The notes below the pieces were generated by a model, which did no database searches, was not told where the DNA came from, and saw only the letters and a program-made list of their open reading frames with translations. This document shows, one piece after another, positions 8,024 to 16,728 of a DNA stretch of 38,094 nucleotides (the first letter of the stretch is position 1; each line of letters begins with the position of its first letter). The position numbers were made by a program, and so were the translations under genes. This DNA comes from a virus (Duplodnaviria; Caudoviricetes), in the IMG/VR virus record IMGVR_UViG_3300016654_000302, positions 1-38,094 of that record; one strand, written 5' to 3'.

Positions 8024-8544
8024 TGAACAACTTCGCCCTGCCATGGACACTTGAGCGATCCAGCGAGCTGCGACGCCGCTGGCTGGATGGCGAGAGCGCG
8101 GCCGAGATCGCCCGCGCCCTCGGCGGCGGCGTCACCCGCTCGGCCGTCCTCGGAAAGGCTCACCGGCTGGGTCTGTCCAACACCGGCCGGGCCGAGCCTT
8201 CAACCCCGCCCCAAACCGGCGGACGTCCGCGCGGGAACAGCCCAAAGAAGGCCCCACTGGTCGCAGCGCAGCGCCCGCCGGTGGAGCCGCGTCCCGCGCC
8301 CGCCGTTCCCGCTCTGACGGTCGTCCAGCGGCCCGCCGGGCTCCCGATTGGCGCGGGCTGCCGCTGGCCGATGGGCGATCCCCGCGCGGCCGATTTCCGG
8401 TTCTGTGATGACGCTCCGGTGCAGGGCCGCATCTATTGCGGTCCCCACTGCCGCAAGGCGGGGCAGTCCGACCAGCCCAAGGTGATGACGGTCATGGGCC
8501 GGGTCGCGCGCCCGTACCGCCTGCCGCGAGGCGCCCATGTCTGA
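8023..8544 (+). CDS. gcrA: GcrA-family cell-cycle regulator homologue
   Basis: WTLER...W.DGESAAEIARALGGGVTRSAVLGKAHRLGLS and CRWPMGDP...FRFC...YCGPHCRKA, both GcrA hallmark motifs. Confidence 0.92.
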   Translation: MNNFALPWTLERSSELRRRWLDGESAAEIARALGGGVTRSAVLGKAHRLGLSNTGRAEPSTPPQTGGRPRGNSPKKAPLVAAQRPPVEPRPAPAVPALTVVQRPAGLPIGAGCRWPMGDPRAADFRFCDDAPVQGRIYCGPHCRKAGQSDQPKVMTVMGRVARPYRLPRGAHV

Positions 8545-8794
8545 GTGCCGCTACCTGGTCGCGCCGGATGCGCATGAGTTCCGGACCGTCTCGGGCGAGC
8601 GGATCGCGTCGCCCGCGCCTCGCATGTTGTGCGCCTGGGCGATCTATCACCCCGCCTCGGCCGACAAGATGATGGACGCGCCGGACTGGCTCGCCCGCAA
8701 CGCCATGGCGGGCCACCTCTGGCGCGAGGGCGACTGCGACCGTTGCCCGTGCTTCGACGCTGGCGACGCCGTCGAGACCCCGAGGGCGGCATGA
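8537..8794 (+). CDS. Small Cys-rich hypothetical protein (85 aa)
   Basis: Overlaps both neighbours; CRY, CAW and CDRCPC motifs suggest metal binding. Confidence 0.65.
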   Translation: MSECRYLVAPDAHEFRTVSGERIASPAPRMLCAWAIYHPASADKMMDAPDWLARNAMAGHLWREGDCDRCPCFDAGDAVETPRAA

Positions 8795-9687
8795 TCAAGC
8801 TGCACCACGACGGCCTGTCACGCCCCCTTAAATCTCCCCAGCTCCGCATTCTTTCCATGGGCGCAGGAGTGCAATCGACGACGCTGGCGCTGATGGCCGA
8901 GCGTGGCGAGCTGGGCGAGAAGCCCGACCTCGCCATCTTCGCAGACACCCAAGCCGAGCCTCAGTTCGTCTACGACCATCTGGACTGGCTCGACACCGTC
9001 CTGTCGTTCCCAATCCACCGTGTAACGGTCGGCAACCTGGAAGCCGATCTGTTGGCGGGCTTCAATCGCACAGGCCAGCGCTACGCCAGCATTCCCGCTT
9101 TCCTCCTGAACGACGCCGATGATGTCGGCATGACGCGCCGCCAGTGCACTTCCGAGTACAAACTGGACGCGATCACGGCCGAGACCCGTCGCGTTCTGGG
9201 GCTGCCGAAAGGGCGGAGCATCCGCCACCACCTGAAACTCAAGCGGGCTGAACCCACCCCGCAGCTGGTAGAGGCGTGGATCGGGATTTCGACCGATGAA
9301 ATCGACCGCGTCGCCCGGTCCCAGCATGCCTACGTCCATAACCGCCATCCTCTGATCGAGGCGCGGATGTCGAGGCGGGACTGCGAAACTTGGTTGCGCG
9401 AGCGCCAATACCGAGTGCCCCGGAAGTCGGCCTGCGTCTTCTGCCCATACAAGGACAACGCCGAATGGCTGGACTTGAAGGAAAACGCCCCGGTCGAGTT
9501 CGCTCGGGCCGTCCGCATCGATCAGGTCATCCGTAATGGCAACCCTTCGAAGGGGCTGACGACCACGACTATGGCGCTGCACCGCAGCCTGAAGCCGCTT
9601 GAGAGCATCGACTTCAGAAAGCCTGACGCTCCTGATCAGCGACGCTTCGGCTTCGCCAACGACTGCCTCGGGATGTGTGGCCTATGA
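8791..9687 (+). CDS. PAPS-reductase/adenine-nucleotide alpha-hydrolase-like (PP-loop) protein with Cys clusters
   Basis: ATG at 8791 (ATGA coupling); LSMGAGVQST PP-loop variant, IFADTQAE, RQCT.EYK, IGISTDE, KSACVFCPY, terminal CLGMCGL. Confidence 0.82.
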   Translation: MIKLHHDGLSRPLKSPQLRILSMGAGVQSTTLALMAERGELGEKPDLAIFADTQAEPQFVYDHLDWLDTVLSFPIHRVTVGNLEADLLAGFNRTGQRYASIPAFLLNDADDVGMTRRQCTSEYKLDAITAETRRVLGLPKGRSIRHHLKLKRAEPTPQLVEAWIGISTDEIDRVARSQHAYVHNRHPLIEARMSRRDCETWLRERQYRVPRKSACVFCPYKDNAEWLDLKENAPVEFARAVRIDQVIRNGNPSKGLTTTTMALHRSLKPLESIDFRKPDAPDQRRFGFANDCLGMCGL

Positions 9688-10232
9688 CCGCCGCCGCTCG
9701 CAAGTTCGGCGGCGGCGTCCGCCCCGCCATCGCCAAGGTGAAGATCGCGGTCAAAGACCTCCGGATCGCCGACGACGACTATCGCGCCATGCTGTTCCGG
9801 CTGACGGGCAAGACCTCGTCGACCGATTGCACCGACGCCCAGCTGGGCCTCTTACTGGATGAGCTGAAGGCCAAGGGGTGGAAGCCGAAAGCCGGGCCTA
9901 AGGCCGCCCTCACGGGGGGCAAACGGACCCGTCAGGCGCAAAGCGCGCTGGCGATGAAGGCGCGGGCCATGTGGATTTCGCTGCACCAGCTCGGCGTGAT
10001 CGAGGACCCTTCCGAGAGCGCCCTGGAAACCTATGCGCGCCGGATGCTGAAGGTCGACCGGCTGGAATGGGCGCGACCCGAACAGGCCGCCGTCCTGATC
10101 GAGGGGCTGAAGGCCATGGCTGAGCGCGCGGGCTGGTCACAGGACGTCAGCGGCGTTCCGGCGGCCGAGCGCGTCGCCGTGCTTAAGGCCCGGCTGGCCG
10201 ATCTGATCGCTGCGCAGGGGGACGCCCGATGA
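9684..10232 (+). CDS. gemA: Mu GemA/gp16-like protein (DUF1018)
   Basis: IAKVKIAVKDLRIADDDYRAMLFRLTGKTSS...GWKP; KARAMWISL; LIEGLKAM. Confidence 0.88.
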   Translation: MTAAARKFGGGVRPAIAKVKIAVKDLRIADDDYRAMLFRLTGKTSSTDCTDAQLGLLLDELKAKGWKPKAGPKAALTGGKRTRQAQSALAMKARAMWISLHQLGVIEDPSESALETYARRMLKVDRLEWARPEQAAVLIEGLKAMAERAGWSQDVSGVPAAERVAVLKARLADLIAAQGDAR

Positions 10233-10528
10233 CCGCTCACAGTCTGTTCTGGTGGGAAGAGGCCGAAGAGATCGACCTCGCCGAGATCGAGCGCGCCGAG
10301 GCGGCCGAGCGGGATGCTCGCGCCCGGCATCGGACCGAGGTCGAGCGGGCCGCCATGGACGTCCAGCGCGCCAATGCCGCCTACGACGTGGCCCTGCGCA
10401 AGTATCGGTGCGCGCCGGACGGGATGATCCGGAGCCGCCGCAGCGATCTCAGGATGGCCAACGCGGGCATCCTGCGCGCCGAGCTGCGCCTTGCCGAGCT
10501 GGCCAAGGAAAGGCCGGATTGGGAATGA
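10229..10528 (+). CDS. Hypothetical coiled-coil protein
   Basis: ATGA coupling at both ends; helical charged composition. Confidence 0.65.
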   Translation: MTAHSLFWWEEAEEIDLAEIERAEAAERDARARHRTEVERAAMDVQRANAAYDVALRKYRCAPDGMIRSRRSDLRMANAGILRAELRLAELAKERPDWE

Positions 10529-10953
10529 GCCGTCCGGCCGGACAGGAACCGACGTGGGCCGACTGGCCCGAACTGCTTCAGCGCATCGCCGAATGCTGCG
10601 GAGCGGGCGTCGCCCTGCGTCTGGCCAGCGCCTATGGCGGCCGGGAAATCTACATCCCCACGCCGGACGCGATCGACGAGAGCCACCACCTGGCGCTGAC
10701 GCTGGGCCTTGCGTCCGCGCGGCAGATCGCGGACACGTTGCGGGTCGGCAAGATCGTGATCCCCATGGGACCGACGACGACGCGGCAGAAGCGGGCCGAC
10801 GCCATCCGTCGCATGCGGCGCGAGGGGAAATCGAACCCGCAGATCGCTCGGGCGTTGGGCATCCATCTGCGGACCGTCGAGTTGCGGCATCAGGTGGACC
10901 GCGCCATCCGGGCCGCCGCCGAGAGCGAAACCCCCGACCTCTTCGACCACTGA
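10525..10953 (+). CDS. Mor/C-family transcription activator
   Basis: LLQRIAECCGAGVALRLASAYGGREIYIP plus C-terminal HTH SNPQIARALGIHLRTV; last gene before the lysis cassette. Confidence 0.85.
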   Translation: MSRPAGQEPTWADWPELLQRIAECCGAGVALRLASAYGGREIYIPTPDAIDESHHLALTLGLASARQIADTLRVGKIVIPMGPTTTRQKRADAIRRMRREGKSNPQIARALGIHLRTVELRHQVDRAIRAAAESETPDLFDH

Positions 10954-10975
10954 CCCCGAAGTTCTTCGGGGTGTG
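10954..10975 (+). promoter_or_regulatory. Late-promoter activator site 1 (before lysis genes)
   Basis: CCCCGAAG-TT-CTTCGGGG-TGTG, identical to 18787-18808. Confidence 0.75.
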
Positions 10976-11048
10976 AGCGCCCCTCCCGTTCTGGCCTTTT
11001 GACCCTGCGTCCGCGCAGGGCGGCGCGTCAACGGGGCAACGCCACATC

Positions 11049-11753
11049 ATGACCACGGGCCAAACGACCCGCCGCCCGACGCCCGGACAAACCCGAGGCG
11101 TTCGCAACAACAATCCGGGAAACATCGACCGCGTGTCCGGCGTCAACTGGCAGGGCGCCGCCAAGGTCCAGACCGACCCGCGCTTCGTCACCTTCATTTC
11201 GGCCGAGATGGGGGTGCGCGCCCTGGTCCGGACGCTGCTGACCTACTTCAAACAGCACCAAATCCGCACCGTGCGCGGCGTCATCAACCGCTGGGCGCCG
11301 CCGAGCGAAAACAACACCGGCGCCTACATCAGCGCCGTCCTGCGCGAGATGAGCCGGGCCAAGGGCTATCCGGTCAGCGCCGACGAGACGCTGGACCTCG
11401 ACGTCTGGTCGACCATGCGTCCGCTGGTGGTGGCCATCATCGCCCATGAGAACGCGGGCTATGCCTATCCGGCCAGCGTCATCGACGCAGGCCTGCGTCT
11501 GGGCGGCATCGCCGACGCTCGACCCCGCAGCCTGCTGTCCTCGGGGGAGGTCCATGGCGCCATTGCCTCGACGCCCCTGATCGCCGTCTCGGCGGCCTCG
11601 CTGATCGAGACCTTCAGCAAGGCCCGCGACCAGCTGCTGCCGGTGGCGGGTATCTCGCCGCTGATTCAGATGCTGCTGGTTACGCTGTCCGTCGCGGGCT
11701 GCATCGCCGTGATCTGGTCGCGCTTCAGCAGCCAGCAGAAGACCCTGTCGTGA
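11049..11753 (+). CDS. Endolysin (RNNNPGNI lysozyme-like family) with hydrophobic C-terminal extension
   Basis: RGVRNNNPGNI, WAPPSENNTGAY, AIIAHEN; C-terminal ~60 aa hydrophobic. Confidence 0.82.
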   Translation: MTTGQTTRRPTPGQTRGVRNNNPGNIDRVSGVNWQGAAKVQTDPRFVTFISAEMGVRALVRTLLTYFKQHQIRTVRGVINRWAPPSENNTGAYISAVLREMSRAKGYPVSADETLDLDVWSTMRPLVVAIIAHENAGYAYPASVIDAGLRLGGIADARPRSLLSSGEVHGAIASTPLIAVSAASLIETFSKARDQLLPVAGISPLIQMLLVTLSVAGCIAVIWSRFSSQQKTLS

Positions 11754-12307
11754 GCGCGGTCGTCGCCGTGGTCGCGGCCATCCTGAAGACGCTGGTCCGT
11801 GACTGGCGCGCCTGGGCGGCTGCGGTCATCGGCGGCCTGATGCTGCATGGCTGGGTCCTGTCGGCCCAGCTGGACGCCGCCCGCAAAACCTCGGCCGCGC
11901 GAGAGGAGACTGTCGCCGCCTTGCGCGGGCGGCTCGCCACGGCCGAAGCGGGCCGCCTCGCCGCCCAGGCCGGAAAGAGCCGGGCCGAGGCGGCCCTGGG
12001 CGAGTACGCCCGCGCCACCTTCGACGCCTTCAACGCCCAGGTGGAAGCCTCCCGTCAGATGGCCGCCCAGCTGGCCGAAGCCAACCGCCGCCTGAACGCG
12101 GCCCAACAGGAGATCGCCCGTGCGGACGGTTCTTTGCGTCTTGATGACCCTCTGCCTCGCGGCCTGCGCGACGCGCTCGCCTGCGCCGGTGGCGATGCTG
12201 GAGCCTGCGCCGGCGCCACCCAAACCGATCCCGCCGGAGTGCCGTCCGGAGCTGCTGAACCGGCTGGCCCGGCCCGCGCCGCTGCCCGAGGCGATGACGG
12301 TGCGTGA
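11750..12307 (+). CDS. Rz-like inner-membrane spanin
   Basis: N-terminal TM segment, long Ala-rich coiled coil, overlapping lipoprotein ORF in another frame. Confidence 0.72.
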   Translation: MSAVVAVVAAILKTLVRDWRAWAAAVIGGLMLHGWVLSAQLDAARKTSAAREETVAALRGRLATAEAGRLAAQAGKSRAEAALGEYARATFDAFNAQVEASRQMAAQLAEANRRLNAAQQEIARADGSLRLDDPLPRGLRDALACAGGDAGACAGATQTDPAGVPSGAAEPAGPARAAARGDDGA

Positions 12308-12419
12308 CGGTCTTCAGTCCGGCGCGGCCGACCGCGCCCTTGCCCTTACCAACGCTGTGCAGGGCGACGCCCTTCAGGCCTGTATCGTGGCCCTGCTGGG
12401 CCAGAAAGTCGCTTCGTGA
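12120..12419 (+). CDS. Rz1-like outer-membrane spanin lipoprotein
   Basis: MRTVLCVLMTLCLAAC lipobox then Pro-rich segment; starts within the Rz-like gene. Confidence 0.7.
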   Translation: MRTVLCVLMTLCLAACATRSPAPVAMLEPAPAPPKPIPPECRPELLNRLARPAPLPEAMTVRDGLQSGAADRALALTNAVQGDALQACIVALLGQKVAS

Positions 12420-12721
12420 AGCTGTCTGAGTTCCTGACCCTGATCGCCTTGGGCATCTCGTCCCTGAACGCGATCCTGCTGATGCTGACCTTCATCCGCG
12501 CCGGGCGCTGGAAGGATGGCGAGGACGCCAAGGCCTTGATCAACCGCGTCAGCGCCAACGAGGGGGACATCAGCACCCTGAAGGCGCAGATGCTGAACGT
12601 CGCCACCAAGGCCGACGTGGCCAGCCTGACCGCCAAGGTCGAGGGGGTCGAGCATCAGGCCAAGACGATCGAGCGCGGGGTGGAGCGGATCGAGGGTCAT
12701 CTGATGAGGGCGGTCGCGTGA
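12416..12721 (+). CDS. Membrane-anchored coiled-coil protein (Mu gp25/DUF2730-like)
   Basis: One N-terminal TM helix then coiled coil; syntenic position before gp26. Confidence 0.65.
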   Translation: MKLSEFLTLIALGISSLNAILLMLTFIRAGRWKDGEDAKALINRVSANEGDISTLKAQMLNVATKADVASLTAKVEGVEHQAKTIERGVERIEGHLMRAVA

Positions 12722-13020
12722 GCTATCGGGACGTCGTCGACGCCGACCGGCGTCTGTGCATGCTGCGCCTGCTGCTGGAAGACGGGGGCCACGGCAACGA
12801 GAGCGTGCTGGAGAAGGGGCTTGAAGCCCTTGGTCACCGCTCCGGGCTGGAGCGGTCCGTGGTGCGCGACTACATGCGCTTCCTCGAGACCGCCGGGCTG
12901 ATCACGGTCGACTACTACCGCGACAAGATCATGGTCGCCGCGATCACCGAGCGCGGCGTGAAGGTCGCGCGCGGTCAGGTCACGGTCGACGGTGTCGCCC
13001 AGCCCTCGCTCGGCGGGTGA
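12718..13020 (+). CDS. Mu gp26-like winged-helix protein
   Basis: DRRLCMLRLL...NESVL...LETAGLI...ITERGVKVARG...GVAQPS. Confidence 0.8.
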   Translation: MSYRDVVDADRRLCMLRLLLEDGGHGNESVLEKGLEALGHRSGLERSVVRDYMRFLETAGLITVDYYRDKIMVAAITERGVKVARGQVTVDGVAQPSLGG

Positions 13021-13024
13021 TCTC

Positions 13025-13597
13025 ATGGCCGGAAAGCGGGCGCGCCATGTCGCCTCGACCATCGACAAGTTGCCGGAGGAAGTCCGCGCCCTGATCGGGC
13101 GCCTGCGTCAGGACGGCCGAACGATCGACGAGATCATGGGCAAGCTCGGCGAGCTGGACGTGGACGTGTCCCGTTCGGCCCTCGGGCGCCACGTCAAAGG
13201 CCTCGCGCAGGTCGGCGAACAGATGCGCCGGTCCCGCGAGATCGCCACCGCCCTGGTCGGCCGTTTCGGCGACGAACCGGACAACCGCATCGCCCGTCTC
13301 AACATCGAGCTGATGCACGGCGTCGTCATGTCGACCATCACGGCGGCGGCCGAGGCAGCCGAGGGCGAGAACGGCGAAGCCCAGCCGGTCACCCTCGATC
13401 CCGAACAGGTCATGTTCCTGTCGAAGTCGCTGGGTGAGCTGGCGCGCGCGCAGAAAACCGACACCGACCGCATGCTGAGGCTGCGGCAGGAGCTGGCCAA
13501 GGATGCGGCCAAGGCGGCCGAGACCGTCGGCAAGGCCAAGGGCATGACCGCCGACACCATTCAGGCGATCACACACGCGATCCTCGGCGTCGCCTGA
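13025..13597 (+). CDS. Terminase small subunit (Mu gp27/DUF3486)
   Basis: STIDKLPEEVR...VSRSALGRH; precedes the large terminase. Confidence 0.85.
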   Translation: MAGKRARHVASTIDKLPEEVRALIGRLRQDGRTIDEIMGKLGELDVDVSRSALGRHVKGLAQVGEQMRRSREIATALVGRFGDEPDNRIARLNIELMHGVVMSTITAAAEAAEGENGEAQPVTLDPEQVMFLSKSLGELARAQKTDTDRMLRLRQELAKDAAKAAETVGKAKGMTADTIQAITHAILGVA

Positions 13598-15105
13598 TGC
13601 AGCTGCGCGAACAGGGACAGGAGGCCGCTCGCGAGCGGGCCGAACAGCGCGAGCGGGAGATCGCCGACGCCGAGGCCGCCTTCGCGCGCCTGCCCAAGGG
13701 CAGCGTCCTGCTGGCCTATCAAGCCTCGGCCATCGAGCTGCTGATGTCCGGCGTCTCGCTGATCGCCATCGAGAAAAGCCGCCGGATCGGTCTGACCTGG
13801 GCGCTCGCCTCCTACGCCGTCCTGAAGGCCGCCGCCCAGAAATCGGCAGGCGGCATGAACGCCTGGTACATGGGTTACGATCAGGAGATGGCCCGCGAGT
13901 TCATCGACGTCTGCGCCATGTGGGCGCGGGCATTCGGGATGGCGGCCGAGGCCGTCGACGAGGAGGTGCTGGACGGCGACGGCGAGAAGGTTCAGGCCTT
14001 CCGGCTGAAGTTCGCCTCCGGCTTCAAGATCGTGGCCCTGCCGTCCGTGCCTCGCGCGCTTCGCGGTAAGCAGGGGCTGGTCATCATCGACGAGGCCGCC
14101 TTCCACGCCAAGCTGACCGAAGTCCTGAAGGCCGCGATCGCGCTCCTGATGTGGGGTGGTCAGGTCGTGGTGGTCTCGACCCATGACGGCGTCGCCAACC
14201 CGTTCAACCTCCTGATCGACGACATCAAGGCCAAGCGGCGCAAGGGCGAAACCCTGCGCATCACCTTTGACGACGCCATTGCGTCCGGCCTCTATGAGCG
14301 CGTCCGGATGACGGCCGAGGTCAACGGCCGCCCGATCGCGTCCAAGGAAGAATGGATCTCGGACATTCGGGACACCTACGGCGAGGACGCCGAGGAAGAG
14401 CTGGACTGTGTCCCCAAACAGGGCTCCGGCTCATGGCTGGACATCGCCGCCCTCGGGGCCTGCGAACATGGCGATGCAGGCAAGCCGGAGCTTTACACAG
14501 GCGGCCTGTTCTACATGGGGCGCGACGTCGCCCGCCGTCGCGACCTGTCGGTCATCCACGGTTTCGAAGAGGTCGGGGACGTTCTGTGGATGCGGGACCG
14601 CTGGATCGGCCGGGCCGCCACATTCCGGGAACAGGACATTGCCTTCAAGGGCATCTGGAACACGCGCCGCGTCGTGTCGGCATGGGTCGACCAGACCGGC
14701 ATGGGGGAAAAGGTCGTCGAGGACCTTCAGTGGGACCTAGGCGAAGAGCGCATCCACGGCGAGCTGCTGACGGGCCCTTCGCGCCTCGACCTTGCCACCG
14801 CCTTCAAGGAACGGGTCGAGGCCTGCCGCATCCGCATCCCGCCGCTGCCCGAGATCAGGACCGACTACCGGGCGATCAAGAAGCAAGGGTCGGTCGGCGG
14901 GACGATCCGCATCGTCGACGACGGCGAGGTCCACGCCGACGAGTTTTGGGCGACCGCGTTGGCCTGCCGCGCCGCCGACATCCCCTATCAGCCCGCCCGA
15001 TATCGCGGCGTCCCTCGCGGCGGCCTGCCGAGGGATCAGGACCGCGACAACCGTCTGCGTCGTCCCGGCGCCGCCCGATTCGGCGCCAACCGAGGAGTTC
15101 TCTAG
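13597..15105 (+). CDS. Terminase large subunit (Mu gp28-like)
   Basis: EKSRRIGLTW, VIIDEAAFH, STHDG, GRDVARRRDLS, DQTGMG, HADEFWA. Confidence 0.94.
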   Translation: MQLREQGQEAARERAEQREREIADAEAAFARLPKGSVLLAYQASAIELLMSGVSLIAIEKSRRIGLTWALASYAVLKAAAQKSAGGMNAWYMGYDQEMAREFIDVCAMWARAFGMAAEAVDEEVLDGDGEKVQAFRLKFASGFKIVALPSVPRALRGKQGLVIIDEAAFHAKLTEVLKAAIALLMWGGQVVVVSTHDGVANPFNLLIDDIKAKRRKGETLRITFDDAIASGLYERVRMTAEVNGRPIASKEEWISDIRDTYGEDAEEELDCVPKQGSGSWLDIAALGACEHGDAGKPELYTGGLFYMGRDVARRRDLSVIHGFEEVGDVLWMRDRWIGRAATFREQDIAFKGIWNTRRVVSAWVDQTGMGEKVVEDLQWDLGEERIHGELLTGPSRLDLATAFKERVEACRIRIPPLPEIRTDYRAIKKQGSVGGTIRIVDDGEVHADEFWATALACRAADIPYQPARYRGVPRGGLPRDQDRDNRLRRPGAARFGANRGVL

Positions 15106-16728
15106 ATGGCCGACACCCCCGCCCTGGTCGATATTCACGGCCGTCCGCTTCGGGCGCCGGCATCGCCCGCGCAGCTGGCCCAGATCGTGGCCCGGCCGAC
15201 GACCACCGGTGTCCGGCAGGCGTGGAACGCCGCCACCGTTGCCAGCGGCCTGACGCCCGAGCGGTTGGCCAGCATCATGATGCGCGCCAGCGAGGGCGAC
15301 GCGCACGACTACCTGACCCTCGCCGAGGAAATGGAAGAGCGGGACTGGCACTACGCCTGCGAGCTGGGCAAGCGGAAGCTGGCGGTGCTGGCGCTGGACC
15401 GGCTGGTCAAGCCCGCCTCGACCGATGCGATAGACGTCCAGATCGCCGAGGCCGTGAAGGAAGAGATCGTCCAGGACGAAGCATTCGAAGACCTCATGGC
15501 CGGGTCGCTCGACGCCCTCGGCAAGAGCTTCGCCGCCGTCGAGATCGGCTGGCAGACGGGCAAGCGCTGGGTCCCCAACGCCTACGCCTGGCGTGATCCC
15601 CGCTGGTTCCGCTGGGACCGCGAGACCGGCCGCGATCTCCGCCTGCTGGACGAGGCCGACATGGCCAACGGCATCGATCTGCCCGCCTACCAGTTCGCCA
15701 TCCACCTTCCGCAGCTGAAGATGGGCCTGCCGATCCGGGGCGGTCTGGCCCGGCTGGCGGCCTGGGCGTTCCTGTTCAAGTTCTACGACGTCAAGGATTG
15801 GGCGGCCTTCGCCGAGAGCTTCGGCCAGCCGCTGCGCCTGGGCAAATACGACGCCCGCGCCACGCCCGAGGACGTCGACATCCTCTATCGCGCCGTCGCG
15901 ATGATCGGCACGGACTGCGCGGCCGTCATCCCGAAGTCGATGGAAATCGAGTTCGTCAAGAGCGACACGACGTCGTCGACCGACCTCTATCAGCGCTTCG
16001 CGGACTGGCTGGACAAACAGGTGTCCAAGGCCGTGCTGGGGCAGGCCGGGACCGCCGACATGCAGTCGGGCGGCGGCTATGCCCAGGCCAAGGTTCTGGA
16101 CGGCGTCCGGGCCGATCTGACCGAAAGCGACGGCAAGCAGCTGGCGCGCACGATCCGCCGGGACGTCTTCGAACCCTTCGTTCGGTTCAACTACGGCCCG
16201 GACCACAAGACCCCGCTCTTCGTGCTGGAGACGCCCGAAACCGAGGACCTGAAGAACTTCGCCGAGGCCGTCACGCCCTTCATCGACCGGGGCCTGAAGG
16301 TGCGGTCATCGGAGGTCCTGGGCAAGTTCGGTCTGTCCGCGCCCGAAGCCGAGGATGAGGTGCTGACGCCCAAGCCGACCGGCGCCGGCGCACCCGGCCC
16401 GACGACCGTCGCCCTGAACCGCCGGACCTTCGGCGGGGCTTGTGGCGGGCCGGGCTGCGAAGGCGTGGCGCGGAACCGCGGCGCCCTCGATCGGGATCGT
16501 ATGGACGATCTGGCCGACGATCTGCTGGACGGCTGGACCGAAGACCTGAACCCGCTGGTCGAGCCCTTCGAACAGCTGGCGGCGAAGGCGGGCAGCTATG
16601 CTGACTTCGAAGCCGGACTGGATGCCGTCGCCGCCACGATGGACCCGACCGCGCTAGCCCGCTCGCTGGGCGCCGCTCTGTTCAAGGCCCGCGCCCAAGG
16701 CGACGTGCACGACGACCCGGCGGCCTAG
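15106..16728 (+). CDS. Portal protein (Mu gp29/DUF935)
   Basis: LAEEMEERD, GLARLAAWAFLFK, FGQPLRLGKY, SKAVLGQ. Confidence 0.93.
   Translation: MADTPALVDIHGRPLRAPASPAQLAQIVARPTTTGVRQAWNAATVASGLTPERLASIMMRASEGDAHDYLTLAEEMEERDWHYACELGKRKLAVLALDRLVKPASTDAIDVQIAEAVKEEIVQDEAFEDLMAGSLDALGKSFAAVEIGWQTGKRWVPNAYAWRDPRWFRWDRETGRDLRLLDEADMANGIDLPAYQFAIHLPQLKMGLPIRGGLARLAAWAFLFKFYDVKDWAAFAESFGQPLRLGKYDARATPEDVDILYRAVAMIGTDCAAVIPKSMEIEFVKSDTTSSTDLYQRFADWLDKQVSKAVLGQAGTADMQSGGGYAQAKVLDGVRADLTESDGKQLARTIRRDVFEPFVRFNYGPDHKTPLFVLETPETEDLKNFAEAVTPFIDRGLKVRSSEVLGKFGLSAPEAEDEVLTPKPTGAGAPGPTTVALNRRTFGGACGGPGCEGVARNRGALDRDRMDDLADDLLDGWTEDLNPLVEPFEQLAAKAGSYADFEAGLDAVAATMDPTALARSLGAALFKARAQGDVHDDPAA

Noticed and set aside
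11003-11020. CCCTGCG-TCCG-CGCAGGG hairpin in the lysis leader as a terminator
   Set aside because: No downstream U-tract; may be a leader structure but there is too little evidence to call
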